Below, piece after piece: positions 30,673 through 40,972 of a stretch of DNA of 64,000 nt. The stretch is taken from positions 192,001 to 256,000 of the forward strand of contig JBEIPA010000001.1 in the NCBI GenBank assembly GCA_040377305.1, in the 5' to 3' direction. Under the pieces are notes generated by a model, which saw only the letters and a program-made list of their open reading frames with translations, had not been told where the DNA came from and did not search any database. Each line of letters begins with the position of its first letter. The first letter of the stretch is position 1. This stretch comes from Flavobacteriales bacterium. GTDB taxonomy: Bacteria; Bacteroidota; Bacteroidia; Palsa-965. A program made the translations under genes and the position numbers.

Positions 30673-31686
30673 GTGTTCACCGGTAAACTCGTCAGGCAGA
30701 TTGTCAAACCAATTTCTTTGTTGCTCGCAGTTGTTGCGATTGGCACCATCGGTTTCCTGCTTCTCGATCCACGGTACAATTTCACGGATGCTTTATACAT
30801 GACTGTAACCACCATTGGTACAGTTGGCTTTCGTGAGGTTCACCAACCCTCGGTTGGCGCACAATATTTTATCATTTTCCTCATCGTGACTGGTTTTGGT
30901 ACATTTGCTTATACGATCAGCAGTATTACATCGTACATACTAAGTGACGAATTCAGAAATTCCTATAGAACGAAGACCATCATGAAATCGATCAACAATA
31001 TTTCCGGTCACGTAATCATCTGCGGTTACGGAAGAAATGGTCGACAAGCAGCCCACGTATTGAAAATGCATGGTCGTCGATTTGTAGTTATTGAACAGAA
31101 AAAAGATGTGACCGATGAGCTTACACACAAACATTCGCACCTTGTGCTTAATGGTGACGCTACACAAGATGAAATATTGGAAAGTGCCGGCATAGACAGG
31201 GCGGCTGCCTTGATTTCTACATTGCCTACGGATGCTGACAATCTCTTCATCGTACTCACTGCACGTTCATTAAATCCGAAACTCACGATAATTTCAAGGG
31301 CATCAGATGACAGTTCCGATAAGAAATTGAAAAAAGCGGGTGCCAATAATGTGATCATGCCCGATAAAATCGGCGGCGCACACATGGCTTCTTTGGTTCT
31401 GAAACCGGATGTAATTGAATTTGTAGATCACATTACAGGTCAGGGTGGCCCGGATATAAATCTCGAGGAAATCACCTTCGAAAATCTTCCTGAACATTTA
31501 CGAAACAAAACCATCCGCGATCTTGAAATCAGAAATAAGTCAGGTGCAAACATTGTTGGATTCAAAACTGCTCAAGGAGATTTTGTGATCAATCCGAATG
31601 CCGACACCCGACTTATTCCTGAAGGAAAATTATTCGTTCTCGGTACTCCGGAACAGATTGCATCACTCAAATCATTGCTCCAGTAA
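30673..31686 (+). CDS. Potassium channel with TrkA-N/TrkA-C (RCK) domains
   Basis: Pore TIGTVGF, Rossmann ICGYGRNG and GDAT motifs. Confidence 0.9.
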   Translation: MFTGKLVRQIVKPISLLLAVVAIGTIGFLLLDPRYNFTDALYMTVTTIGTVGFREVHQPSVGAQYFIIFLIVTGFGTFAYTISSITSYILSDEFRNSYRTKTIMKSINNISGHVIICGYGRNGRQAAHVLKMHGRRFVVIEQKKDVTDELTHKHSHLVLNGDATQDEILESAGIDRAAALISTLPTDADNLFIVLTARSLNPKLTIISRASDDSSDKKLKKAGANNVIMPDKIGGAHMASLVLKPDVIEFVDHITGQGGPDINLEEITFENLPEHLRNKTIRDLEIRNKSGANIVGFKTAQGDFVINPNADTRLIPEGKLFVLGTPEQIASLKSLLQ

Positions 31687-31695
31687 ATTCACCTG

Positions 31696-32634
31696 ATGAA
31701 AAACATACTGATTACAGGATCCAATGGTCTTCTCGGACAGAAGCTCGTCTACGCTCTACTGAAACGTAATCAGTCGGGTGTCAACTGGAATATCATTGCT
31801 ACTGCACGTGGCGCAAACCGATTGAAAGTTCAGGATGGCTACACGTATGCAGAGATGAACATCGGCGATCGGAATTCGGTGCTCGCAACTCTTGCGAAGT
31901 TCATGCCGCATGTTGTGATTAATACGGCTGCAATGACAAACGTAGATGCATGTGAAACTGCGCGTGAAGAAGCCGAATTGCTAAATGCAACTTCCGTGAG
32001 TTTCATGACTGAAGCACTGACTGACTTGCAAAAGACAAATGCAAATTACAAGTGCCACTTCATTCACCTCTCCACCGATTTCATTTTCGATGGTGAAGAT
32101 GGACCTTACGATGAAACGGCAATGCCGAATCCGCTTTCACATTATGCTGCAACAAAATTGCGCGGTGAAGTTTTCGCCATGCAGAAAGAAGTGAAGTGGT
32201 CAATTCTCCGTACCATCATTGTTTACGGTATTGCAGACGACATGAGCCGTTCGAATCTCGTTCTTTGGGCGAAAGGTGCGCTCGAGAAAAGACAGAAAAT
32301 AAATGTTGTCGACGATCAATTCCGTTCACCAACACTCGCAGAAGACCTTGCAGAAGGTTGCATTATCTGTGCCGAACAAGGGGCAGAAGGAATTTTCAAC
32401 ATCAGCGGAGAAAAAACATACAGCATTCTCGAACTCGTGCACAAAATTGCCGACTACTGGAAACTCGATAAGTCGCTGGTGAATCCTGTTTCATCTGCAA
32501 CAATCAATCAGCCTGCAAAACGTCCGCCACGCACGGGATTCATCATTGATAAAGCGAAAGAAGTTCTAGGTTACAAGCCGCATTCGTTTGAAGAAGGGCT
32601 GGCTGTGCTGGATGCGCAGTTGAAGGCGAGATAA
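31696..32634 (+). CDS. RmlD-like (dTDP-4-dehydrorhamnose reductase family) SDR
   Basis: TGSNGLLG, AAMTNVDACE, STDFIFDG, YAATK and DQFRSPT motifs. Confidence 0.88.
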   Translation: MKNILITGSNGLLGQKLVYALLKRNQSGVNWNIIATARGANRLKVQDGYTYAEMNIGDRNSVLATLAKFMPHVVINTAAMTNVDACETAREEAELLNATSVSFMTEALTDLQKTNANYKCHFIHLSTDFIFDGEDGPYDETAMPNPLSHYAATKLRGEVFAMQKEVKWSILRTIIVYGIADDMSRSNLVLWAKGALEKRQKINVVDDQFRSPTLAEDLAEGCIICAEQGAEGIFNISGEKTYSILELVHKIADYWKLDKSLVNPVSSATINQPAKRPPRTGFIIDKAKEVLGYKPHSFEEGLAVLDAQLKAR

Positions 32635-32636
32635 GG

Positions 32637-32829
32637 GGAACGCGGATTTTTATGTCCGTTGTTTGCTACTGCCTCGCTCGGATGACTCTACTTAAACATC
32701 AAAATTCGTTATCGGATTTAATGAGATAAACTCAAACGTATCTCATAAGATCCAATTCACAGTCAAACTATCCACCACACTGATCCGAGCGTGACGCTAA
32801 CACGTTCCGCAATTCAAAATCCGCGTTCC
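32637..32829. repeat. 193-bp intergenic element with 14-bp perfect terminal inverted repeats (MITE/REP-like)
   Basis: GGAACGCGGATTTT (32637-32650) / AAAATCCGCGTTCC (32816-32829); nested IRs cgctcggat/atccgagcg and atgagata/tatctcat. Confidence 0.6.
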
Positions 32830-32986
32830 ATTTTAACAAACTTAACGATCGTTAACTCGCGTCGCTTCATCAAGTGTTCTACTTTGCGCTCGTTCTTCGG
32901 CAAACAAGAACATAAAAACCTACATCATGAAATCCTGACGTTTACAGTCAGGATTCACGAATTCCGAAACCAAAAAATAGATACCA

Positions 32987-33757
32987 ATGAGTAAACTCCT
33001 CTACACTCTACCAGCAGTGGTACTTGGCAGCGCCTTGTTCTCTTGCAAACCAGTACCCAGCGAAATTGCAGCAACACCAACGCGCGATTCAACCGGTGTA
33101 ATCATTGGAAATCCATTCTCATACGGACTTTCCAACTACATGATATTTCCTGTTGGATGTAATTACAGTCCGAGTATTTACGAAGCGCCACAAATTGCTC
33201 AGGACTTCGTTACAATGAACGGTGCAGCCGGATGTTCGTTCACCGTTAACGTTGCAGATGCTAACGCGTATTGGGATTCGAATACACAGGCGGGCTACGA
33301 ATACATTAATCCGTATTCACAGTTCTACGACATTAGAAATATTCTTTTCTATGACATGAAGTCAGGTGAAACACACCCGCTGACTAAAGACACTGTTCAC
33401 ATTCTCTCATTTGCAATTCATCACGATTACTATCGGCCGCAGATATTTTACCGTATTGTGAAAGAAGACATCAACAACGATAGAATGTACAATGAACTCG
33501 ATCCCGTGATGTTGTACACTTCCAATCTACTTGGAGATAGTTTGGTGCAACTTACCCCTGATAACGAACAATATGCGGAGTACTTCTATTACGAGAACAC
33601 GCAAACAATTCTCATCAAAACGAACATGAATCCGGATAATGATACTTCCTTCGCAACCGTGATGGAAACCAATTTCCGTGAAGTGCGTTTGAGCACTCCT
33701 GCTATGGGTAAAGAAATTTTCTCACAGGGATTGCGTGATTCCTTAAGGGTTAACTAG
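32987..33757 (+). CDS. Hypothetical lipoprotein
   Basis: LFSC lipobox; DINNDRMYNELDP Ca-binding-like loop. Confidence 0.75.
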   Translation: MSKLLYTLPAVVLGSALFSCKPVPSEIAATPTRDSTGVIIGNPFSYGLSNYMIFPVGCNYSPSIYEAPQIAQDFVTMNGAAGCSFTVNVADANAYWDSNTQAGYEYINPYSQFYDIRNILFYDMKSGETHPLTKDTVHILSFAIHHDYYRPQIFYRIVKEDINNDRMYNELDPVMLYTSNLLGDSLVQLTPDNEQYAEYFYYENTQTILIKTNMNPDNDTSFATVMETNFREVRLSTPAMGKEIFSQGLRDSLRVN

Positions 33758-33853
33758 GCGCGATCCTGTTTAGTAGTAGCTGCGAGTGGCAACTCATGGC
33801 AAACCACGAACCTTTTTAACAGGCGGCTCGCGGTTTTTTCTATAAATTAGGGT

Positions 33854-34078
33854 ATGCTTTCCAAACTGATATTGCCTTGTGCTTTAGCCATTACAGCGGC
33901 AACTATTTTCACTGTGAGTTCCTGCAGTAAAGATGACGGTTGCTATGATGCACGTATGCAACGTCAACATCAAAACGACATTTGCACGGCGGATTGCCCA
34001 GGTGTAACTGGTTGCGATGGCAATTTCTATTGCAACGAGTGTGAAGCCACACGTAACGGAATCCGGGTTGTACAATGA
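33854..34078 (+). CDS. Small Kazal-like domain lipoprotein
   Basis: VSSC lipobox; C..ICTADCPGVTGCDGNFYCNECEA...GI resembles the Kazal PVCGxDGxTYxNxC pattern. Confidence 0.75.
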   Translation: MLSKLILPCALAITAATIFTVSSCSKDDGCYDARMQRQHQNDICTADCPGVTGCDGNFYCNECEATRNGIRVVQ

Positions 34079-34341
34079 GAATCGTAGAATGGCTTGTGGA
34101 AGCTTTCTTCACCATTAAACTATTTTTCTCTCCAACTTTGATTGGTGGACTAATCGGTCTATACGTTTACATCTCTGCAAACTCTGAAACACAAGTCTAC
34201 CTCGCTTATGCGATCTGGACGATTGGTGTACTTGTAGGAATTCTTCTTGCCTGGAAAGTGAAGAAGAAAAAGGCGGCTACCGAATTTCTTGGAGATATTC
34301 TCGCAACACCAGATATCGGCAGCAAGAAAAAGTCAGACTAG
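34075..34341 (+). CDS. Small two-TM hypothetical protein
   Basis: ATGA overlap with the upstream gene; two hydrophobic helices; ATPD tail. Confidence 0.7.
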   Translation: MRIVEWLVEAFFTIKLFFSPTLIGGLIGLYVYISANSETQVYLAYAIWTIGVLVGILLAWKVKKKKAATEFLGDILATPDIGSKKKSD

Positions 34342-34350
34342 CACCGTTCT

Positions 34351-37300
34351 CTACTTGCTTTTCATCGGTCGCACAGGTTTAACCGTGAAGTCATCCGATG
34401 TACCTGCCAGTTGCAAATGCAGGAAACGAACATTCTTGTCGTCATCCATATACTGAATTTCGTCCGCTTCATTCGATGGCTCATCCTGCTTTCTTCCGAA
34501 GATCAGATTCTTGCTTGCCGTAGCAACCATTGACATGGGTACACGGAAGTGAAAATTCATCATACCTGCACCGATCATTTCCTGCTCACCGTCAATCTGC
34601 ATAAAGCCTAGTGTTGAGTTGATCGTCATCAGCGGAATAAACAGCTTTCCATGCTTGAGCGCGAATGAATTGGTGAGCGTGTCGAAACGTACAGCGGCAA
34701 GATTTTTATCAGGGAAATAAGTCGCCAACGCGAGGAATGGTGCGTAGTTCTGCACAATGCCGTCGTATACCGTTGCGTCAATGGCTACATCCGATTCTTC
34801 GAGGATCGGAACAAGATCTGCGTGCACGCGAATCTTACCGCTGATGCGTGACGTCATAGTACCCACGAGATTTTCCGACACCACATAATCCTGTCCAAAA
34901 TTATCGAACTTGAAAAGCAACTGATCCAGATGCACACGATCAGTTGTAATCACAGGATTCAAATAAATGTGATTCGGATCATGTCCGTTGAAAACTCCGT
35001 GCATGGTCATTCTGCCTCCGGCAATTCCCATCGACAAGGAATCAATGTGCAGGTAATGTCTTGACGTGGTGTGAAAATCTCCGTGCAGTTGTGTAAGCAG
35101 ATACTTGTGATAATTGAGCTGACCAATATTGAGCTCGTAACTCATATCCGGAAAAGGAACGGTGTAAATATTAAAAACACTGTCGTGTGCATCACCGCGG
35201 CGTTCATCCGCTTTCTCGGGAATGTATGTAAACAACTCGTCAAAATTCAGCACATCCGATTCCAGAACAAGTTTGTCCTTTCGTTTTCGCTTGGTGGTGT
35301 CCTCCCCGAAAAAATAATCGAGATCAAACAACCAATCGGAATGTCCAGCCTTGCCTTTGCATTGCGTAACCGTCAACTGACCATCTTCAACGTGAAATCT
35401 TCCACCAAAACGTTCAAGCTTTAATGGATGTACAGTAAACGCGGCATCAAGACGATCCATATATACATCTGCCGATCGCAATCCTTCATTGAAATGCAAA
35501 TCAGCATGACCGTGAAACTTTACACCATTCAGGTGCTCGTGGCGCCAATCTTCCGGAACGTAATTCTCACCGTTGTACGAGAATAAATCTTCCAGTTGCA
35601 AGAGCTTCGACGTAAGATCAAACTCCAGACGTGTATCTCCATGCGGGTGTTCCATAAACCACATGTCGTAATGCGTCAGCTTTCCATCAAAATGAAAATC
35701 ACTGGTATCGATAATTCCACTGAAATCAATCACCTTGAAATCTATCGTATCGATGAGCACATCCGCATGAAAGTCGTGAAGACGGTGCGGATAATTCTGC
35801 ATACTTGCATACAGATCGTCTATATAAAATTCACCGACAGGAAGATTCGGCGATTCAGTAAATGCTCGCGCTGAACTCTTGAAGTGAAACCCGAGACTCA
35901 GATCGGATATAATTTCATTGACCGGATTCGATTTTGCAGAATCTCCTGAAGTGAGTTCGAGTATATCAAGCTTCTTAGATTGGATGATAAGTTTCGATTC
36001 AACTTCAGTCGAGGTATGATGCACAATGGCCGGTAAGTCACTGATGCTTCCGGTGATTGCGACATCACTATTCCCCGCTTTGATGTTGCAATAATCAAGC
36101 AAGGCTTCATGTCCGTTCATGTGTGCGTGCAAATCCAAATCATCCAAAGGCACATGAAAATCTGAGCTCTTGAAGCTGAGATCTGTTACTTGCAGTTCTG
36201 TTTCATACGATTCATTGAATTTCTCCAGACTGTGTTCCGGATGCAAAGGGTCAATGAGATCATGAAACTTCATGGACAACACGACTCGCCCTTTCAAATC
36301 CTGCAGTGATTCAACGTTCAGAAATTTCACAAGGAAATCAAGATCGAAATCAGATTCTAGCGCCAGATCGATATCCGGCGTTTCGAAATTTCTCACAACC
36401 AGATTGCCGCTGAACTTTCCTGCGTCTGGCTTCGCGAAGAAATCGTTCAGGTGAAATTCCATGGTAGAAAAATTGAGACTGTCTCCATTCGTGAAAGAGC
36501 CCGAGAAATGCATTTGATCCAGCTTCTTATCGGTGTTCACATTCGAGAAGTAAGCCTCTTCACACGAAAACTCGGCGTTGATAGCAGGTTGCTGACCGTT
36601 CCGCGTTTTCCCTTTGAGCGTGCAATCAAAATAAATCTTTCCTCGATTGTCGTACTGCGCTAGAAAAGGCTGAAGCTCGGGTGGTGCAAATGCCATGAAG
36701 AGCTCGAAGTTTGGCTTGTTTCCTTCGAACTCGAGATCAAGATTGATGTCGTCGAACAAATCAATTCCTCCCTTCATTCCTAACTCTGCTCCTTCGATTT
36801 TCAGAATGGAATGATCAAACGTAAGCTTGCCTTTCTTGTGCTCGAGCAGAATTCCGGTTTGCAGATCAATGTGTTTGTCGTGAAGGAACGTCGTATCCCC
36901 ACCGGTCATGATAGTCACAATCGAATGCATATCCACTTCAAAATCGAAGTGATCATCAGACATACTCACGGTAGATGTTCCATTAAGAATTAGTGCGTCG
37001 ACCTGCAAACCGGTTGCCTCGTTGATCTTGCGGATATCAATGGAATCGAGCGTCACCTGATGCAGATCGATCTGTGAGCCCGCCGAAGTATCCACACCCG
37101 TAGTGTCGTTTGGAGCGAACACATTCGAAATATTTATCGATCCATCGGCATGCTGAACTACACGAATATTGCCATTGCGCAGCTTAACTGATTCGAGTTT
37201 GAATGAACCTCCAACAATCGACCAGAGATCAAAGCCAACAAACAAGTGCTTCACATCAGCAATGGATTCCGCATTCGGATCTTTGGATTGAAATAGTTTG

Positions 37301-37536
37301 ACGTCGTGCAGATCAACGGTGATGTATGGAAAATCAGCAAACGGAGCTACACTGCTGTAACTCATCGTTACTTTTCCTTTGATGTCTCCGTTGACTTCCT
37401 CCAGAATGTGTTGCGCGATTTTTTCCTGGTTGTAATAGACAATCAGAACCGCAAGTGAAAATAAAAGTATGGGGGCGAGCAACACCGATATCATGAAGCG
37501 TTTCCAGAATCTTTTCGAACGAAGAATCTTCTTCAT
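34351..37536 (-). CDS. AsmA-like (bridge-type lipid transfer) protein
   Basis: N-terminal TM anchor, ~1000 aa of repetitive beta structure, C-terminal FDTLTNSF...INSTLGFMQIDG. Confidence 0.8.
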   Translation of the reverse strand: MKKILRSKRFWKRFMISVLLAPILLFSLAVLIVYYNQEKIAQHILEEVNGDIKGKVTMSYSSVAPFADFPYITVDLHDVKLFQSKDPNAESIADVKHLFVGFDLWSIVGGSFKLESVKLRNGNIRVVQHADGSINISNVFAPNDTTGVDTSAGSQIDLHQVTLDSIDIRKINEATGLQVDALILNGTSTVSMSDDHFDFEVDMHSIVTIMTGGDTTFLHDKHIDLQTGILLEHKKGKLTFDHSILKIEGAELGMKGGIDLFDDINLDLEFEGNKPNFELFMAFAPPELQPFLAQYDNRGKIYFDCTLKGKTRNGQQPAINAEFSCEEAYFSNVNTDKKLDQMHFSGSFTNGDSLNFSTMEFHLNDFFAKPDAGKFSGNLVVRNFETPDIDLALESDFDLDFLVKFLNVESLQDLKGRVVLSMKFHDLIDPLHPEHSLEKFNESYETELQVTDLSFKSSDFHVPLDDLDLHAHMNGHEALLDYCNIKAGNSDVAITGSISDLPAIVHHTSTEVESKLIIQSKKLDILELTSGDSAKSNPVNEIISDLSLGFHFKSSARAFTESPNLPVGEFYIDDLYASMQNYPHRLHDFHADVLIDTIDFKVIDFSGIIDTSDFHFDGKLTHYDMWFMEHPHGDTRLEFDLTSKLLQLEDLFSYNGENYVPEDWRHEHLNGVKFHGHADLHFNEGLRSADVYMDRLDAAFTVHPLKLERFGGRFHVEDGQLTVTQCKGKAGHSDWLFDLDYFFGEDTTKRKRKDKLVLESDVLNFDELFTYIPEKADERRGDAHDSVFNIYTVPFPDMSYELNIGQLNYHKYLLTQLHGDFHTTSRHYLHIDSLSMGIAGGRMTMHGVFNGHDPNHIYLNPVITTDRVHLDQLLFKFDNFGQDYVVSENLVGTMTSRISGKIRVHADLVPILEESDVAIDATVYDGIVQNYAPFLALATYFPDKNLAAVRFDTLTNSFALKHGKLFIPLMTINSTLGFMQIDGEQEMIGAGMMNFHFRVPMSMVATASKNLIFGRKQDEPSNEADEIQYMDDDKNVRFLHLQLAGTSDDFTVKPVRPMKSK

Positions 37537-37555
37537 GATTGTCAGAGGTTACAGA

Positions 37556-38377
37556 TCACGTAGTCATTAACTTGTCCAATAATTCCGACATCTCCTGCTG
37601 CATTTTCAACGCTTCGGCTCTCGCTTTATCAGCAAAATCTTCTCCATCCGAAGCATAAAGAATACTTCGCGATGCATTCACCAGTAATCCGCAATCTTTA
37701 TTCATTCCGAATTTCGCAACTTCTGCGAGTGAGCCGCCTTGTGCACCAACCCCAGGAACGAGGAGAAAATTATCAGGAGCGAATGCGCGTATGTGTGCAA
37801 GGTGCTCTGCCTTCGTTGCACCTACCACAAACATGAGTTGTTCGGGTGTTGCCCAGGTCATGCACTTACGAATAACTTTCTCGTAGAGCTTTTCGCCCGA
37901 AGAAGATTCAACAAATTGGAAATCGGCAGCGCCTTCGTTGGAAGTAAGTGCAAGTACAATCACCCACTTGTCTTTGAACGCAAGAAATGGCTTAACAGAA
38001 TCGCTTCCCATGTACGGAGCAACTGTAACGGAATGAAACCCGTAATGCTCGAAGAACGATTTCGCATACATTGAAGAAGTGTTTCCGATATCGCCACGTT
38101 TCGCATCTGCAATCGTAAAAATATTCGGAGGAATTTGTCCAAGCGACTTCTGCATACTCAGCAAACCCATCACGCCGGCCGACTCGTAGAAAGCCAGATT
38201 CGGTTTGTAGGCTACACACAAATCCTGCGTTGCGGCAATGATCTGCTTATTGAACTCATAAATCGGATCATCGAACTTCAGCAGGAACTTTGGAATCTTG
38301 TTAACGTCCGTGTCTAAACCGATGCAGAGAAAACTGCGTTTGGTTTTGATCTGTTCTACAAGTTGCGCTCTGTTCAT
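37556..38377 (-). CDS. pyrF: Orotidine-5'-phosphate decarboxylase
   Basis: [23 protein letters not shown] and [11 protein letters not shown] motifs. Confidence 0.95.
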   Translation of the reverse strand: MNRAQLVEQIKTKRSFLCIGLDTDVNKIPKFLLKFDDPIYEFNKQIIAATQDLCVAYKPNLAFYESAGVMGLLSMQKSLGQIPPNIFTIADAKRGDIGNTSSMYAKSFFEHYGFHSVTVAPYMGSDSVKPFLAFKDKWVIVLALTSNEGAADFQFVESSSGEKLYEKVIRKCMTWATPEQLMFVVGATKAEHLAHIRAFAPDNFLLVPGVGAQGGSLAEVAKFGMNKDCGLLVNASRSILYASDGEDFADKARAEALKMQQEMSELLDKLMTT

Positions 38378-38425
38378 CTTTTATGTCGATTTATGCATTT
38401 TGCCAGATTTGGCCGCATCCAACAA

Positions 38426-38461
38426 TGACTGCCAACTGCCAGACTGCACTACTGCCTACTG
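38426..38461. repeat. Orphan CTACTGC-type array overlapping the prfA stop codon
   Basis: tgactgc caactgc cagactgc actactgc ctactg; the first 14 nt are identical to 18908-18921. Confidence 0.75.
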
Positions 38462-39529
38462 AATTCCGCCTTCTTTCATGCGCTCTGCATTCTCCGCAAC
38501 ATGCAATGCATCAATCATGCTCTGAATATCGCCTTCCATAAACGCAGGCAAATTGTGTTGCGTCAATCCGATCCGGTGATCAGTCACACGACTCTGCGGG
38601 TAATTGTACGTCCTGATTTTCGCTGAGCGATCGCCCGTGGAAACAATCGTTTTACGTCGCGATGATTCCTTCTCGTTCTTCTTATTCAGCTCAATCTCGT
38701 AAAGCTTTGTACGCAACATCTGCATCGCACGCTCACGGTTTCCGAGCTGAGAACGTTCTACCTGACACATAATCTGAATTCCACTCGGCTTGTGAACGAG
38801 AATCACTTTCGTCTCAACTTTGTTTACGTTCTGTCCACCTGCTCCTCCCGAACGTGCAGTTGTTATTTCAATATCTGCGGGATTAATCACAACATCTACT
38901 TCGTCGGCTTCCGGCATCACAACCACAGTGGCTGCAGAAGTGTGCACACGACCCATCTGCTCCGTTTCCGGCACACGTTGCACGCGATGAACTCCAGATT
39001 CGTATTTCAAAGTGCCATACGCATCCTCACCGATTACATTCACTGTAACTTCTTTATAGCCACCCATCGTTCCTTCACTCACATCCACAACCTCCATCTT
39101 AAAGCCGTGTGTTTCGCAGTAACGGGTGTACATACGCCACAAGTCCCCGGCAAATATTGCGGCCTCATCTCCACCTGTACCCGAACGGATTTCCAAAACG
39201 GCGTTCCGTGCATCCTCAGGATCCTTCGGAACTAAAAGATTTTTGATCTCTTCTTCTAATGCAATCTGCCGCGGTTCTAATTCCATCAATTCAGCTTTCG
39301 CCATTTCAATAAAATCCGGATCCTTCTCCGTTGACAACACGTTCTTTGCAGATGCGATGTTTCCAACTACACTTCGATATACGTGATACGCGTTTACGAC
39401 CTTTGTTAGGTCCTTGTATTCTTTGTTGAGCGTCTTGAACTTCTTCATATCCCCGATTACTCCAGGATCTGAAAGCTGCATCTCAACATCTTTCCAGCGG
39501 TTTTCTATTGCGGCTAACTTGTCTAACAT
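38456..39529 (-). CDS. prfA: Peptide chain release factor 1
   Basis: PET anticodon-loop motif (RVPETE), [14 protein letters not shown]; start MLDKL. Confidence 0.95.
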   Translation of the reverse strand: MLDKLAAIENRWKDVEMQLSDPGVIGDMKKFKTLNKEYKDLTKVVNAYHVYRSVVGNIASAKNVLSTEKDPDFIEMAKAELMELEPRQIALEEEIKNLLVPKDPEDARNAVLEIRSGTGGDEAAIFAGDLWRMYTRYCETHGFKMEVVDVSEGTMGGYKEVTVNVIGEDAYGTLKYESGVHRVQRVPETEQMGRVHTSAATVVVMPEADEVDVVINPADIEITTARSGGAGGQNVNKVETKVILVHKPSGIQIMCQVERSQLGNRERAMQMLRTKLYEIELNKKNEKESSRRKTIVSTGDRSAKIRTYNYPQSRVTDHRIGLTQHNLPAFMEGDIQSMIDALHVAENAERMKEGGIQ

Positions 39530-39619
39530 TTCAATTTTTTGACGGCGCAAAGTTAGCCAATTACAGCTAAAGAATGAGGGGTTTGCTACCTTAGAACCGA
39601 GCTACAAGCGCTTGTTATT

Positions 39620-40972
39620 GTGAAAAAACTGCAGGAAACCGTATCACTCATTTTCGGAGCACTTGTCTTGTGCTGGATTGCGTTTTACAATGGCTTTCCC
39701 TTGGTTTATTCCGATACTGGAACATATCTCGAGTCGGGCTTCACATTAGAAACACCGCTGGATCGTCCGATAATGTATGGGCTTTTCCTTCGCATGGCCA
39801 GCCTCAATGGCCTGACACCCTGGACCGTGATATTTGTCCAAAGCCTGCTGCTCGTGTGGCTGCTTCGAGAAACAATCCGGATTACATTTCCCGGTAAAAA
39901 CACAACGGTATTTTTTGTTGTTGCTGTGATCGTACTCTCGCTCTTCACCGGATTGCCCATTGTAACGTCGGAATTGATCGCAGATATTTTCACGCCCATC
40001 AGTGTGCTTGCACTATTCGCACTGCTCTTCGGCAGGTATACGGCACTAAAAACTGTCGGACTGTCTTTTCTTCTGCTACTTGCATGCGCTTGTCACATTT
40101 CGCATGTTGCAATTTGTTTCGCGATTGCAGCTTCGGTCGGAACTATCTGTTTTTTCAGATTTCGCCGAAAGAAAGAATTACTTACTGACGTAAAACGAAT
40201 TTCAGCCGCACTAATTATTCCGCTCCTGGCATTGCTCACCATGGTTTCCTCCATTTCTAAATCGCGGCACGTTTTCATGATGGGACATCTGGTTGAAACC
40301 GGAATTCTCAATGCCTATCTGGACGATCATTGTCCGAGTGAAGAAATTTCCTTCTGCGCTTATCGGGATCGTATTCCTCCGGGAGCAGAAACGTTTATCT
40401 GGAACAGCGATGGCGACAGTGCATTGATTCTGACCGGTGGATGGCTGGGTTCAAAAGAAGAATACTCACGCATCATTTCAGAAACTTTCTCCCAATGGAA
40501 GTACGTGAAAATGCACTTAGGCGCGGCGGTTTCAGGAACATTCCGGCAGCTTTATTACATCCGTGTTGGAGAAGGACTGGGCCGATATGATTCAACATAC
40601 GTGGTATCTCAGCGCATTGCTAAATATTTTCCGGCAGCAAATAATAAGTACCTGCGTTCCCGGCAGAGTAACGATGAATTTGGAGATTCTCCGTTGATTG
40701 ACACAACAAACAAAATAGTAACGTCTCTGGCAGTGATCGTTATTGCAGCATGGCTGTTGATGCGAAGAAACAAAACAAACACCCGAATTGTGCTGGCGTT
40801 AATTTTGTCCACGGCATTTGCCTATCTGCTTAACTGCGGAATATGTGCAACGCTCGCAACCGTAGCAAACCGATTCGGAGCCAGACTATCGTGGTTGGCT
40901 GTATTCGTTGCAATCATGCTCATCTACGAATGGATCTCAGCAAAAAGGAACGCGGAAGTGTTCAATAAGTAA
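39620..40972 (+). CDS. Polytopic membrane protein, GT-C-like (inferred)
   Basis: NGFPLVYSDTGTY...DRPIMYG after the first TM, about 10 TMs and a large periplasmic loop. Confidence 0.65.
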   Translation: MKKLQETVSLIFGALVLCWIAFYNGFPLVYSDTGTYLESGFTLETPLDRPIMYGLFLRMASLNGLTPWTVIFVQSLLLVWLLRETIRITFPGKNTTVFFVVAVIVLSLFTGLPIVTSELIADIFTPISVLALFALLFGRYTALKTVGLSFLLLLACACHISHVAICFAIAASVGTICFFRFRRKKELLTDVKRISAALIIPLLALLTMVSSISKSRHVFMMGHLVETGILNAYLDDHCPSEEISFCAYRDRIPPGAETFIWNSDGDSALILTGGWLGSKEEYSRIISETFSQWKYVKMHLGAAVSGTFRQLYYIRVGEGLGRYDSTYVVSQRIAKYFPAANNKYLRSRQSNDEFGDSPLIDTTNKIVTSLAVIVIAAWLLMRRNKTNTRIVLALILSTAFAYLLNCGICATLATVANRFGARLSWLAVFVAIMLIYEWISAKRNAEVFNK

